A stretch of 64,000 nucleotides of DNA. It comes from Antedon mediterranea. Taxonomy: Eukaryota; Animalia; Echinodermata. Location of the stretch: assembly GCF_964355755.1 (NCBI RefSeq), contig NC_092676.1, forward strand, positions 12,944,771 to 13,008,770, in the 5' to 3' direction. Below, in pieces: positions 28,001 through 41,800 of the stretch (position 1 is the first letter of the stretch; each line of letters opens with the position of its first letter). The translations under genes were made by a program, and so were the position numbers. The notes below the pieces were generated by a model. It did not search any database. It was not told where the DNA came from and saw only the letters and a list, made by a program, of their open reading frames with translations.

Positions 28001-31000
28001 ATTTTGTGTTTTTCGAAAAAACTTTTCACACAAAAACATCAAAGTGTACAAAATTGCTTCAAATCGCATTTGGAGACGTTTTAGACCATTTTGTGATTTT
28101 CGAAAAACTTTTCACACAAAAACATCAAAGTGTAGAAAATTGCTTCAAATCGCAAAAAAAATGTTTTGAGAGATGTTTTAAAACAATTTTGTGCATTTCG
28201 AAAAAATTTGTTAACATAAAAAGACCAAAGTGTTTAGAATATCTCCAAATCGCATTTGGAGACGTTTTAAACCATTTTGTGCATTTCGATGGAACTTGGT
28301 TACACAAAAACATCAAAGTGCTTAAAATCACATTTAAAACCGTTTTAGAGCATTTTGAGCATTTCGATAAAACTTTTCACACAAAAACATCAAAGTGTAC
28401 AAAATAGCTTCAAATCGCATTTAGGGAGGTTTTAGACCATTTTGTGCATTTCGATAAAACTTTTTACACAAAAACATCAAAGTGTACAAAATAGCTTCAA
28501 ATCGCATTTAGAGACGTTTTAGACCATTTTGTGCATTTCGATAAAACTTTTCACACAAAAACATCAAATTGCACAAAATAGCTTAATACCGTGTTTGAAA
28601 TCGTTTTAAACCATTTTGAGCATGTCGATAAAACTTTTCACAAAAAAACATCAAAGTGCACAGAATAGCTTCAAATCGCATTTGGAGACGTTTTAAACCA
28701 TTTTGAGCATTTCGATAAAACTTTTCACACAAAAACATCAAAGTGTACAAAATAGCTTCAAATCGCATTTAGAGAGGTTTTAGACCATTTTGTGCATTTC
28801 GATAAAACTTTTCACACAAAAACATCAAATTGCACAAAATAGCTTAATATCGTGTTTGAAAACGTTTTAAACCATTTTGAGCATGTCGATAAAACTTTTC
28901 ACACAAAAATATCAAAGCGCACAGAATATCTTCAAATCGCATTTAGAGACGTTTTAGACCATTTTGTGCATTTCGAAAAAATTTGTTAACATAAAAAGAC
29001 CAAAGCGTTTAGAATATCTCCAAATCGCATTTGGAGACGTTTTAGACCATTTTGTGCATTTCGATGAAACTTGGTTACACAAAAACATCAAAGTGCTTAA
29101 AATCACATTTAAAACCGTTTTAGAGCGTTTTGAGCATTTCGATAAACTTTTCACACAAAAACATCAAAGTGCACAAAATAGCTTCAAATCGCATTTAGAG
29201 ATGTTTTAGACCATTTTGTGCATTTCGATAAAACTTTTCACACAAAAACATCAAATTGCACAAAATAGCTTAATACCGTGTTTGAAATCGTTTTAAACCA
29301 TTTTGAGCATGTCGATAAAACTTTTCACACAAAAACATCAAAGTGTACAAAATAGCTTCAAATCGCATTTAGAGAGGTTTTAGACCATTTTGTGCATTTC
29401 GATAAAACTTTTCACACAAAAACATCAAAGTGTACAAAATAGCTTCAAATCGCATTTGGAGACGTTTTAGACCATTTTGTGCATTTCGATGAAACTTGGT
29501 TACACAAAAACATCAAAGTGCTTAAAATTACATTTGAAAGCGTTTTAGAGCATTTTGAGCATTTCGATAATACTTTTCACACAAAAACATCAAAGTGTAC
29601 AAAATAGCTTCAAATCGCATTTGGAGACGTTTTAGACCATTTTGTGCATCAAAGTGCTTAAAATCACATTTAAAACCGTTTTAGAGCGTTTTGAGCATTT
29701 CGATAAACTTTTTACACAAAAACATCAAAGTGCACAAAATAGCTTCAAATCGCATTTAGAGATGTTTTAGACCATTTTGTGCATTTCGATAAAACTTTTC
29801 ACACAAAAACATCAAATTGCACAAAATAGCTTAATACCGTGTTTGAAATCATTTTAAACCATTTTGAGCATGTCGATAAAACTTTTCACACAAAAACATC
29901 AAAGTGCACAGAATATCTTCAAATCGCATTTAGAGACGTTTTAGACCATTTTGTGCATTTCGAAAAAATTTGTTAACATAAAAAGACCAAAGTGTTTAGA
30001 ATATCTCCAAATCGCATTTGGAGACGTTTTAGACCATTTTGTGCATTTCGATGAAACTTGGTTACAAAAAAACATCAAAGTGCTTAAAATCACATTTAAA
30101 ACCGTTTTAGAGCATTTTGAGCATTTCGATAAAACTTTTCACACAAAAACATCAAAGTGTACAAAATAGCTTCAAATCGCATTTAGAGAGGTTTTAGACC
30201 ATTTTGTGCATTTCGATAAAACTTTTCAAACAAAAACATCAAAGTGTACAAAATAGCTTCAAATCGCATTTGGAGACGTTTTAGACCATTTTGTGCGTTT
30301 CGATGAATCTTGGTTACACAAAAACATCAAAGTGCTTAAAACAGCTTCAAATTGCATTTAGAGAGGTTTTAGACCATTTTGTGCATTTCGATAAAACTTT
30401 TCACACAAAAACATCAAATTGCACAAAATAGCTTAATACCGTGTTTGAAATCGTTTTAAACCATTTTGAGCATGTCGATAAAACTTTTCACACAAAAACA
30501 TCAAAGTGCACAGAATAGCTTCAAATCGAATTTTGAGACATTTTAGACCATTTTGTGCATTTCGAAAAAACTTTTTAACATAAAAACACCAAAGTGCTTA
30601 GAAATGCTTCAAATCGCATTTGGAGACGTTTTAGACCATTTTGTGCATTTCGATGAAACTTGGTTACACAAAATATCAAGGTGTACAGAATAGCTTCAAA
30701 TTGCATTTGGAGACGTTTTAAAACATTTTGTGCATTTCGAAAAAATGTGTTAACATAAAAAGAGCAAAGTGTTTAGAATATCTTCAAATGGCATTTGGAG
30801 GCGTTTTAGACCACTTTGTGCATTGCGATGAAACTTGGTTACACAAAAACATCAAAGTGCTTAAAATCACATTTAAAACCGTTTTAGAGCATTTTAAGCA
30901 TTTCGATAAAACTTTTCACACAAAAACATCAAAGTGCACAAAATAGCTTCAAATCGCATTTAGAGACGTTTTATACCATTTTGTGCATTTCGATGAAACT

Positions 31001-32599
31001 TGGTTACACAAAAACATCAAAGTGCTTAAAATCACATTTGAAACCGTTTTAGAGCATTTTGAGCATTTCGATAAAACTTTTCACACAAAAACATCAAAGT
31101 GTACAAAATAGCTTCAAATCACATTTGAAACCGTTTTAGACCATTTTGAGCATTTCGATGAAACTTGGTTACACAAAAACATCAAAGTGCTTAAAATCAC
31201 ATTTGAAATCGTTTTAGACCATTTTGAGCATTTCGATAAAACTTTTCACACAAAAAAATCAAAGTGCACAAAATAGCTTCAAATCGCATTTGGAGACGTT
31301 TTAGACTATTTTGTGCATTTCGAAAAAATTTGTTAACATAAAAAGACCAAAGTGTTTAGAATATCTCCAAATCGCATTTGGAGACGTTTTAAACCATTTT
31401 GTGCATTTCGATGGAACTTGGTTACACAAAAACATCAAAGTGCTTAAAATCACATTTGAAACCGTTTTAGAGCATTTTTAGCATTTCGATAATACTTTTC
31501 ACACAAAAACATCAAAGTGTACAAAATAGCTTCAAATCGCATTTGGAGACGTTTTAGACCATTTTGTGCATTTCGATGAAACTTGGTTACACAAAAACAT
31601 CAAAGTGCTTAAAATCACATTTGAAATCGTTTTAGACCATTTTGAGCATTTCGATAAAACTTTTCACACAAAAAAATCAAAGTGCACAAAATATCTCCAA
31701 ATCGCATTTTGAGACGTTTTAGACCATTTTGTGTTTTTCGAAAAAACTTTTCACACAAAAACATCAAAGTGTACAAAATTGCTTCAAATCGCATTTGGAG
31801 ACGTTTTAGACCATTTTGTGATTTTCGAAAAACTTTTCACACAAAAACATCAAAGTGTAGAAAATTGCTTCAAATCGCATTTAGAGACGTTTTAGACCAT
31901 TTTGTGCATTTCGAAAAAATTTGTTAACATAAAAAGACCAAAGTGTTTAGAATATTTCCAAATCGCATTTGGAGACGTTTTAGACCATTTTGTGCATTTC
32001 GATGAAACTTGGTTACACAAAAACATCAAAGTGCTTAAAATCACATTTAAAACCGTTTTAGAGCGTTTTGAGCATTTCGATAAACTTTTCACACAAAAAC
32101 ATCAAAGTGCACAAAATAGCATTTAGAGATGTTTTAGACCATTTGGTGCATTTCGATAAAACTTTTCACACAAAAACATCAAATTGCACAAAAAAAGCTT
32201 AATACCGTGTTTGAAATCGTTTTAAACCAATTTGAGCATGTCGATAAAACTTTTCACACAAAAACATCAAAGTGCACAGAATATCTTCAAATCGCATTTA
32301 GAGACGTTTTAGACCATTTTGTGCATTTCGAAAAAATTTGTTAACATAAAAAGACCAAAGTGTTTAGAATATCTCCAAATCGCATTTGGAGACGTTTTAG
32401 ACCATTTTGTGCATTTCGATGAAACTTGGTTACACAAAAACATCAAAGTGCTTAAAATCACATTTGAAACCGTTTTAGAGAATTTTGAGCATTTCGATAA
32501 AACTTTTCACACAAAAACATCAAAGTGTACAAAATAGCTTCAAATCACATTTGAAACCGTTTTAGACCATTTTGAGCATTTCGATAAAACTTTTCACAC

Positions 32600-33830
32600 A
32601 AAAACATCAAAGTGTACAAAATAGCTTCAAATCGCATTTGGAGACGTTTTAGACCATTTTGTGCATTTCGATGAAACTTGGTTACACAAAAACATCAAGG
32701 TGCTTAAAATCACATTTGAAATTGTTTTAGACCATTTTGAGCATTTCGATAAAACTTTTCACACAAAAAAATCAAAGTGCACAAAATAGCTTCAAATCGC
32801 ATTTGGAGACGTTTTAGACTATTTTGTGCATTTCGAAAAAATTTGTTAACATAAAAAGACCAAAGTGTTTAGAATATCTCCAAATCGCATTTGGAGACGT
32901 TTTAAACCATTTTGTGCATTTCGATGGAACTTGGTTGCACAAAAACATCAAAGTGCTTAAAATCACATTTGAAACCGTTTTAGAGCATTTTTAGCATTTC
33001 GATAATACTTTTCACACAAAAACATCAAAGTGTACAAAATAGCTTCAAATCGCATTTGGAGACGTTTTAGACCATTTTGTGCATTTCGATGAAACTTGGT
33101 TACACAAAAACATCAAAGTGCTTAAAATCACATTTGAAATCGTTTTAGACCATTTTGAGCATTTCGATAAAACTTTTCACACAAAAAAATCAAAGTGCAC
33201 AAAATAGCTTCAAATCGCATTTGGAGACGTTTTAGACTATTTTGTGCATTTCGAAAAAATTTGTTAACATAAAAAGACCAAAGTGTTTAGAATATCTCCA
33301 AATCGCATTTGGAGACGTTTTAAACCATTTTGTGCATTTCGATGGAACTTGGTTACACAAAAACATCAAAGTGCTTAAAATCACATTTGAAACCGTTTTA
33401 GAGCATTTTTAGCATTTCGATAATACTTTTCACACAAAAACATCAAAGTGTACAAAATAGCTTCAAATCGCATTTGGAGACGTTTTAGACCATTTTGTGC
33501 ATTTCGATGAAACTTGGTTACACAAAAACATCAAAGTGCTTAAAATCACATTTGAAATCGTTTTAGACCATTTTGAGCATTTCGATAAAACTTTTCACAC
33601 AAAAAAATCAAAGTGCACAAAATAGCTTCAAATCGCATTTGGAGACGTTTTAGACTATTTTGTGCATTTCGAAAAAATTTGTTAACATAAAAAGACCAAA
33701 GTGTTTAGAATATCTCCAAATCGCATTTGGAGACGTTTTAAACCATTTTGTGCATTTCGATGGAACTTGGTTACACAAAAACATCAAAGTGCTTAAAATC
33801 ACATTTAAAACCGTTTTAGAGCATTTTGAG
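32600..33830 (+). repeat. Short higher-order run: 418-bp pentamer (88+78+87+78+87), about three copies
   Basis: The gactattttgtgcatttcgaaaaaatttg unit recurs with ttgtgc at 32824, 33242 and 33660, 418 bp apart. Confidence 0.88.
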
Positions 33831-36299
33831 CATTTCGATCAAACTTTTCACACAAAAACATCAAAGTGTACAAAATAACTTCAAATCGCATTTAGAGACG
33901 TTTTAGACCATTTTGTGCATTTTGGTAAAACTTTTCACACAAAAACATCAAATTGCACAAAATAGCTTAATATCGTGTTTGAAAACGTTTTAAACCATTT
34001 TGAGCATGTCGATAAAACTTTTCACATAAAAATATCAAAGTGCACAAAATAGCTTAATATCGTGTTTGAAAACGTTTTAGACCATTTTGCGCATTTCGAT
34101 GAAACTTGGTTACACAAAAACATCAAAGTGCTTAAAATCACATTTAAAACCGTTTTAGAGCGTTTTGAGCATTTCGATAAACTTTTCAAACAAAAACATC
34201 AAAGTGTACAAAAAAGCTTCAAATCGTATTTGGAGACGTTTTAGACCATTTTGTGCGTTTCGATGAATCTTGGTTACACAAAAACATCAAAGTGCTTAAA
34301 ATCACATTTAAAACCGTTTTAGTGCATTTTGAGCATTTCGATAAAACTTTTCACACAAAAACATCAAAGTGCACAAAATAGCTTCAAATCGCATTTAGAG
34401 ATGTTTTAGACCATTTTGTGCGTTTCGATAAAACTTTTCACACAAAAACATCAAATTGCACAAAATAGCTTAATATCGTGTTTGAAAACGTTTTAGACCA
34501 TTTTGAGCATGTCGATAAAACTTTTCACACAAAAACATAAAAGTGCACAAAATAGCTTCAAATCGCATTTGGAGACGTTTTAGACCATTTTGTGCATTTT
34601 GGTAAAACTTTTCACACAAAAACATCAAATTGCACAAAATAGCTTAATATCGTGTTTGAAAACGTTTTAAACCATTTTGAGCATGTCGATAAAACTTTTC
34701 ACACAAAAACATAAAAGTGCACAGAATAGCTTCAAATCGCATTTGGAGACGTTTTAGACCATTTTGTGCATTTCGAAAAAACTTTTTAACATAAAAACAC
34801 CAAAGTGCTTAGAATAGCTTCAAATCGCATTTGGAGACGTTTTAGACCATTTTGTGCATTTCGATGAAACTTGGTTACACAAAAACATCAAAGTGCTTAA
34901 AATCACATTTGAAACCGTTATAGAGCATTTTTAGCATTTCGATAAAACTTTTCACACAAAAACATCAAAGTGTACAAAATAGCTTCAAATCACATTTGAA
35001 ACCGTTTTAGACCATTTTGAGCATTTCGATAAAACTTTTCACACAAAAACATCAAAGTGTACAGAATAGCTTCAAATCGCATTTGGAGACGTTTTAGACC
35101 ATTTTGTGCATTTCGATGAAACTTGGTTACACAAAAACATCAAAGTGCTTAAAATCACATTTGAAACCGTTTTAGAGCATTTTTAACATTTCGATAATAC
35201 TTTTCACACAAAAACATCAAAGTGTACAAAATAGCTTCAAATCACATTTGAAACCGTTTTAGACCATATTGAGCATTTCGATAAAACTTTTCACACAAAA
35301 ACATCAAAGTGTACAAAATAGCTTCAAATCGCATTTGGAGACGTTTTAGACCATTTTGTGCATTTCGATGAAACTTGGTTACACAAAAACATCAAAGTGC
35401 TTAAAATCACATTTGAAAGCGTTTTAGAGCATTTTTAGCATTTCGATAATACTTTTCACACAAAAACATAAAAGTGCACAAAATAGCTTCAAATCGCATT
35501 TAGAGATGTTTTAGACCATTTTGTGCATTTCGATAAAACTTTTCACACAAAAACATCAAAGTGTACAAAATAGCTTCAAATTGCATTTAGAGACGTTTTA
35601 GACCATTTTGTGCATTTCGATAAAACTTTTCACACAAAAACATCAAATTGCACAAAATCGTTTTAAACCATTTTAAATCGTTTTAAACCATTTTGAGCAT
35701 GTCGATAAAACTTTTCACAAAAAACATCAAAGTGCACAGAATAGCTTCAAATTGAATTTGGAGACGTTTTAGAGCATTTTTTGCATTTCGATAAAATGTG
35801 TTAACATAAAAAGACAAAAGTGTTTAGAATATCTTCAAATCACATTTGGAGACATTTTAGACCATTTTTTGCATTTCGATGAAACTTGGTTACACAAAAA
35901 CAACAAAGTGCTTAAAATCACATTTGAAACCGTTTTAGAGCATTTTGAGCATTTCGATAAAACTTTTCACACAAAAACATCAAAGTGTACAAAATAGCTT
36001 CAAATCGCATTTAGAGACGTTTTAGACCATTTTGTGCATTTCGAAAAAATTTGTTAACATAAAAAGACCAAAGTGTTTAGAATATCTCCAAATCGCATTT
36101 GGAGACGTTTTAGACCATTTTGTGCATTTCGATGAAACTTGGTTACACAAAAACATCAAAGTGCTTAAAATCACATTTGAAACCGTTTTAGAGCATTTTT
36201 AGCATTTCGATAATACTTTTCACACAAAAACATCAAAGTGTACAAAATAGCTTCAAATCGCATTTGGAGACGTTTTAGACCATTTTGTGCATTTCGATG

Positions 36300-38800
36300 A
36301 AACTTGGTTACACAAAAACATGAAAGTGCTTAAAATCACATTTGAAACCGTTTTAGACCATTTTGAGCATTTCGATAAAACTTTTCACACAAAAAAATCA
36401 AAGTGCACAAAATAGCTTCAAATCGCATTTGGAGACGTTTTAGACTATTTTGTGCATTTTGAAAAAATTTGTTAACATAAAAAGACCAAAGTGTTTAGAA
36501 TATCTCCAAATCGCATTTGGAGACGTTTTAAACCATTTTGTGCATTTCGATGGAACTTGGTTACACAAAAACATCAAAGTGCTTAAAATCACATTTAAAA
36601 CCGTTTTAGAGCATTTTGAGCATTTCGATAAAACTTTTCACACAAAAACATCAAAGTGTACAAAATAGCTTCAAATCGCATTTAGAGAGGTTTTAGACCA
36701 TTTTGTGCATTTTGTTAAAACTTTTCACACAAAAACATCAAATTGCACAAAATAGCTTAATACCATGTTTGAAATCGTTTTAAACCATTTTGAGCATGTC
36801 GATAAAACTTTTCACAAAAAAACATCAAAGTGCACAGAATAGCTTCAAATCGCATTTGGAGACGTTTTAAACCATTTTGTGCATTTCGATAAAACTTTTC
36901 ACATAAAAACATCAAAGTGTACAAAATAGCTTCAAATCGCATTTAGAGACGTTTTAGACCATTTTGGGCATTTCGATGAAACTTGGTTACACAAATACAT
37001 AAAAGTGCTTAAAATCACATTTAAAACCGTTTTAGAGCATTTTGAGCATTTCGATAAAACTTTTCACACAAAAACATCAAAGTGTACAAAATAGCTTCAA
37101 ATCACATTTGAAACCGTTTTAGACCATTTTGAGCATTTCGATAAAACTTTTCACACAAAAACATCAAAGTGTACAAAATAGCTTCAAATCGCATTTGGAG
37201 ACGTTTTAGACCATTTTGTGTATTTCGATGAAACTTGGTTACACAAAAACATCAAAGTGCTTAAAATCACATTTGAAACCGTTTTAGAGCATTTTTAGCA
37301 TTTCGATAATACTTTTCACACAAAAACATCAAAGTGTACAAAATAGCTTCAAATCGCATTTGGAGACGTTTTAGACCATTTTGTGCATTTCGATGAAACT
37401 TGGTTACACAAAAACATCAAAGTGCTTAAAATCACATTTGAAACCGTTTTAGAGCATTTTGAGCATTTCGATAAAACTTTTCACACAAAAACATCAAAGT
37501 GTACAAAATAGCTTCAAATCGCATTTAGAGACGTTTTAGACCATTTTGTGCATTTCGATGAAACTTGGTTACACAAAAACATCAAAGTGCTTAAAATCAC
37601 ATTTGAAACCGTTTTAGACCATTTTGAGCGTTTCGATAAAACTTTTCACACAAATAAATCAGAGTCCACAAAATAGCTTCAAATCGCATTTGGAGACGTT
37701 TTAGACTATTTTGTGCATTTCGAAAAAATTTGTTAACATAAAAAGACCAAAGTGTTTAGAATATCTCCAAATCGCATTTGGAGACGTTTTAAACCATTTT
37801 GTGCATTTCGATGGAACTTGGTTACACAAAAACATCAAAGTGCTTAAAATCACATTTAAAACCGTTTTAGAGCATTTTGAGCATTTCGATAAAACTTTTC
37901 ACACAAAAACATCAAAGTGTACAAAATAGCTTCAAATCGCATTTAGAGAGGTTTTAGACCATTTTGTGCATTTTGATAAAACTTTTCACACAAAAACATC
38001 AAATTGCACAAAATAGCTTAATACCATGTTTGAAATCGTTTTAAACCATTTTGAGCATGTCGATAAAACTTTTCACAAAAAAACATCAAAGTGCACAGAA
38101 TAGCTTCAAATCGCATTTGGAGACGTTTTAAACCATTTTGTGCATTTCGATAAAACTTTTCACATAAAAACATCAAAGTGTACAAAATAGCTTCAAATCG
38201 CATTTAGAGACGTTTTAGACCATTTTGGGCATTTCGATGAAACTTGGTTACACAAATACATAAAAGTGCTTAAAATCACATTTAAAACCGTTTTAGAGCA
38301 TTTTGAGCATTTCGATAAAACTTTTCACACAAAAACATCAAAGTGTACAAAATAGCTTCAAATCACATTTGAAACCGTTTTAGACCATTTTGAGCATTTC
38401 GATAAAACTTTTCACACAAAAACATCAAAGTGTACAAAATAGCTTCAAATCGCATTTGGAGACGTTTTAGACCATTTTGTGTATTTCGATGAAACTTGGT
38501 TACACAAAAACATCAAAGTGCTTAAAATCACATTTGAAACCGTTTTAGAGCATTTTTAGCATTTCGATAATACTTTTCACACAAAAACATCAAAGTGTAC
38601 AAAATAGCTTCAAATCGCATTTGGAGACGTTTTAGACCATTTTGTGCATTTCGATGAAACTTGGTTACACAAAAACATCAAAGTGCTTAAAATCACATTT
38701 GAAACCGTTTTAAAGCATTTTGAGCATTTCGATAAAACTTTTCACACAAAAACATCAAAGTGTACAAAATAGCTTCAAATCGCATTTAGAGACGTTTTAG
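36300..38800 (+). repeat. Tandem duplication, 1261-bp period
   Basis: 36450/37711 and 36757/38018 differ by 1261. The markers ttttgggcat and gtgtatttcgatg occur in both copies. Confidence 0.88.
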
Positions 38801-41800
38801 ACCATTTTGTGTTTTTCGAAAAAACTTTTCACACAAAAACATCAAAGTGTACAAAATTCCTTCAAATCGCATTTGGAGACGTTTTAGACCATTTTGTGAT
38901 TTTCGAAAAACTTTTCACACAAAAACATCAAAGTGTAGAAAATTGCTTCAAATCGCATTTAGAGATGTTTTAGACCATTTTGTGCATTTCGAAAAAATTT
39001 GTTAACATAAAAAGACCAAAGTGTTTAGAATATCTCCAAATCGCATTTGGAGACGTTTTAGACCATTTTGTGCATTTCGATGACACTTGGTTACACAAAA
39101 ACATCAAAGTGCTTAAAATCACATTTAAAACCGCTTTAGAGCGTTTTGAGCATTTCGATAAACTTTTCAAACAAAAACATCAAAGTGTACAAAATAGCTT
39201 CAAATCGTATTTGGAGACGTTTTAGACCATTTTGTGCGTTTCGATGAATCTTGGTTACACAAAAACATCAAAGTGCTTAAAATCAAATTTAAAACCGTTT
39301 TAGTGCATTTTGAGCATTTCGATAAAACTTTTCACACAAAAACATCAAAGTGCACAAAATAGCTTCAAATCGCATTTAGAGATGTTTTAGACCATTTTGT
39401 GCGTTTCGATAAAACTTTTCACACAAAAACATCAAATTGCACAAAATAGCTTAATATCGTGTTTGAAAACGTTTTAGACCATTTTGAGCATGTCGATAAA
39501 ACTTTTCACACAAAAACATAAAAGTGCACAGAATAGCTTCAAATCGCATTTGGAGACGTTTTAGACCATTTTGTGCATTTCGAAAAAACTTTTTAACATA
39601 AAAACACCAAAGTGCTTAGAATAGCTTCAAATCGCATTTGGAGACGTTTTAGACCATTTTGTGCATTTCGATGAAACTTGGTTACACAAAAACATCAAAG
39701 TGCTTAAAATCACATTTGAAACCGTTTTAGAGCATTTTGAGCATTTCGTTAAAACTTTTCACACAAAAACATCAAAGTGTACAAAATAGCTTCAAATCAC
39801 ATTTGAAACCGTTTTAGACCATTTTGAGCATTTCGATAAAACTTTTCACACAAAAACATCAAAGTGTACAAAATAGCTTCAAATCGCATTTGGAGACGTT
39901 TTAGACCATTTTGTGCATTTCGATGAAACTTGGTTACACAAAAACATCAAAGTGCTTAAAATCACATTTGAAACCGTTTTAGACCATTTTGAGCGTTTCG
40001 ATAAAACTTTTCACACAAATAAATCAGAGTGCACAAAATAGCTTCAAATCACATTTGGAGACGTTTTAGACTATTTTGTGCATTTCGAAAAAATTTGTTA
40101 ACATAAAAAGACCAAAGTGTTTAGAATATCTCCAAATCGCATTTGGAGACGTTTTAAACCATTTTGTGCATTTCGATGGAACTTGGTTACACAAAAACAT
40201 CAAAGTGCTTAAAATCACATTTAAAACCGTTTTAGAGCATTTTGAGCATTTCGATAAAACTTTTCACACAAAAACATCAAAGTGTACAAAATAGCTTCAA
40301 ATCGCATTTAGAGACGTTTGAGACCATTTTGTGCATTTTGATAAAACTTTTCACACAAAAACATCAAATTGCACAAAATAGCTTAATATTGTGTTTGAAA
40401 ACGTTTTAAACCATTTTGAGCATGTCGATAAAACTTTTCACACAAAAATATCAAAGTGCCCAGAATATCTTCAAATCGCATTTAGAGACGTTTTAGACCA
40501 TTTTGTGCATTTCGAAAAAATTTGTTAACATAAAAAGACCAAAGTGTTTAGATTATCTCCAAATCGCATTTGGAGACGTTTTAGACCATTTTGTGTTTTT
40601 CGAAAAAACTTTTCACACAAAAACATCAAAGTGTACAAAATTGCTTCAAATCGCATTTAGAGAGGTTTTAGACCATTTTGTGCATTTCGATAAAACTTTT
40701 CACACAAAAACATCAAAGTGCACAGAATATCTTAATACCGTGTCTGAAATCGTTTTAAACCATTTTGAGCATGTCGATAAAACTTTTCACACAAAAACAT
40801 CAAAGTGCACAGAATATCTTCAAATCGCATTTAGAGACGTTTTAGACCATTTTGTGCATTTCGAAAAAATTTGTTAACATAAAAAGACCAAAGTGTTTAG
40901 AATATCTCCAAATCGCATTTGGAGACGTTTTAGACCATTTTGTGCATTTCGATGAAACTTGGTTACACAAAAACATCAAAGTGCTTAAAATCACATTTGA
41001 AACCGTTTTAGAGCATTTTGAGCATTTCGATAAAACTTTTCACACAAAAACATCAAAGTGTACAAAATAGCTTCAAATCACATTTGAAACCGTTTTAGAC
41101 CATTTTGAGCATTTCGATAAAACTTTTCACACAAAAACATCAAAGTGTACAGAATAGCTTCAAATCGCATTTGGAGACGTTTTAGACCATTTTGTGCATT
41201 TCGATGAAACTTGGTTACACAAAAACATCAAAGTGCTTAAAATCACATTTGAAACCGTTTTAGAGCATTTTTAACATTTCGATAATACTTTTCACACAAA
41301 AACATCAAAGTGTACAAAATAGCTTCAAATCGCATTTGGAGACGTTTTAGACACATTTTGTGCATTTCGATGAAACTTGGTTACACAAAAACATCAAAGT
41401 GCTTAAAATCACATTTGAAACCGTTTTAGAGCATTTTGAGCATTTCGATAAAACTTTTCACACAAAAAAATCAAAGTGCACAAAATAGCTTCAAATCGCA
41501 TTTGGAGAGGTTTTAGACCATTTTGTGCATTTCGATAAAACTTTTCACACAAAAACATCAAAGTGTACAAAATAGCTTCAAATCGCATTTAGAGACGTTT
41601 TAGACCATTTTGTGCATTTCGATGAAACTTGGTTACACAAAAACATCAAAGTGCTTAAAATCACATTTAAAACCGTTTTAGAGCGTTTTGAGCATTTCGA
41701 TAAACTTTTTACAAAAAAACATCAAAGTGCACAAAATAGCTTCAAATCGCATTTAGAGATGTTTTAGACCATTTTGTGCATTTCGATAAAACTTTTCACA

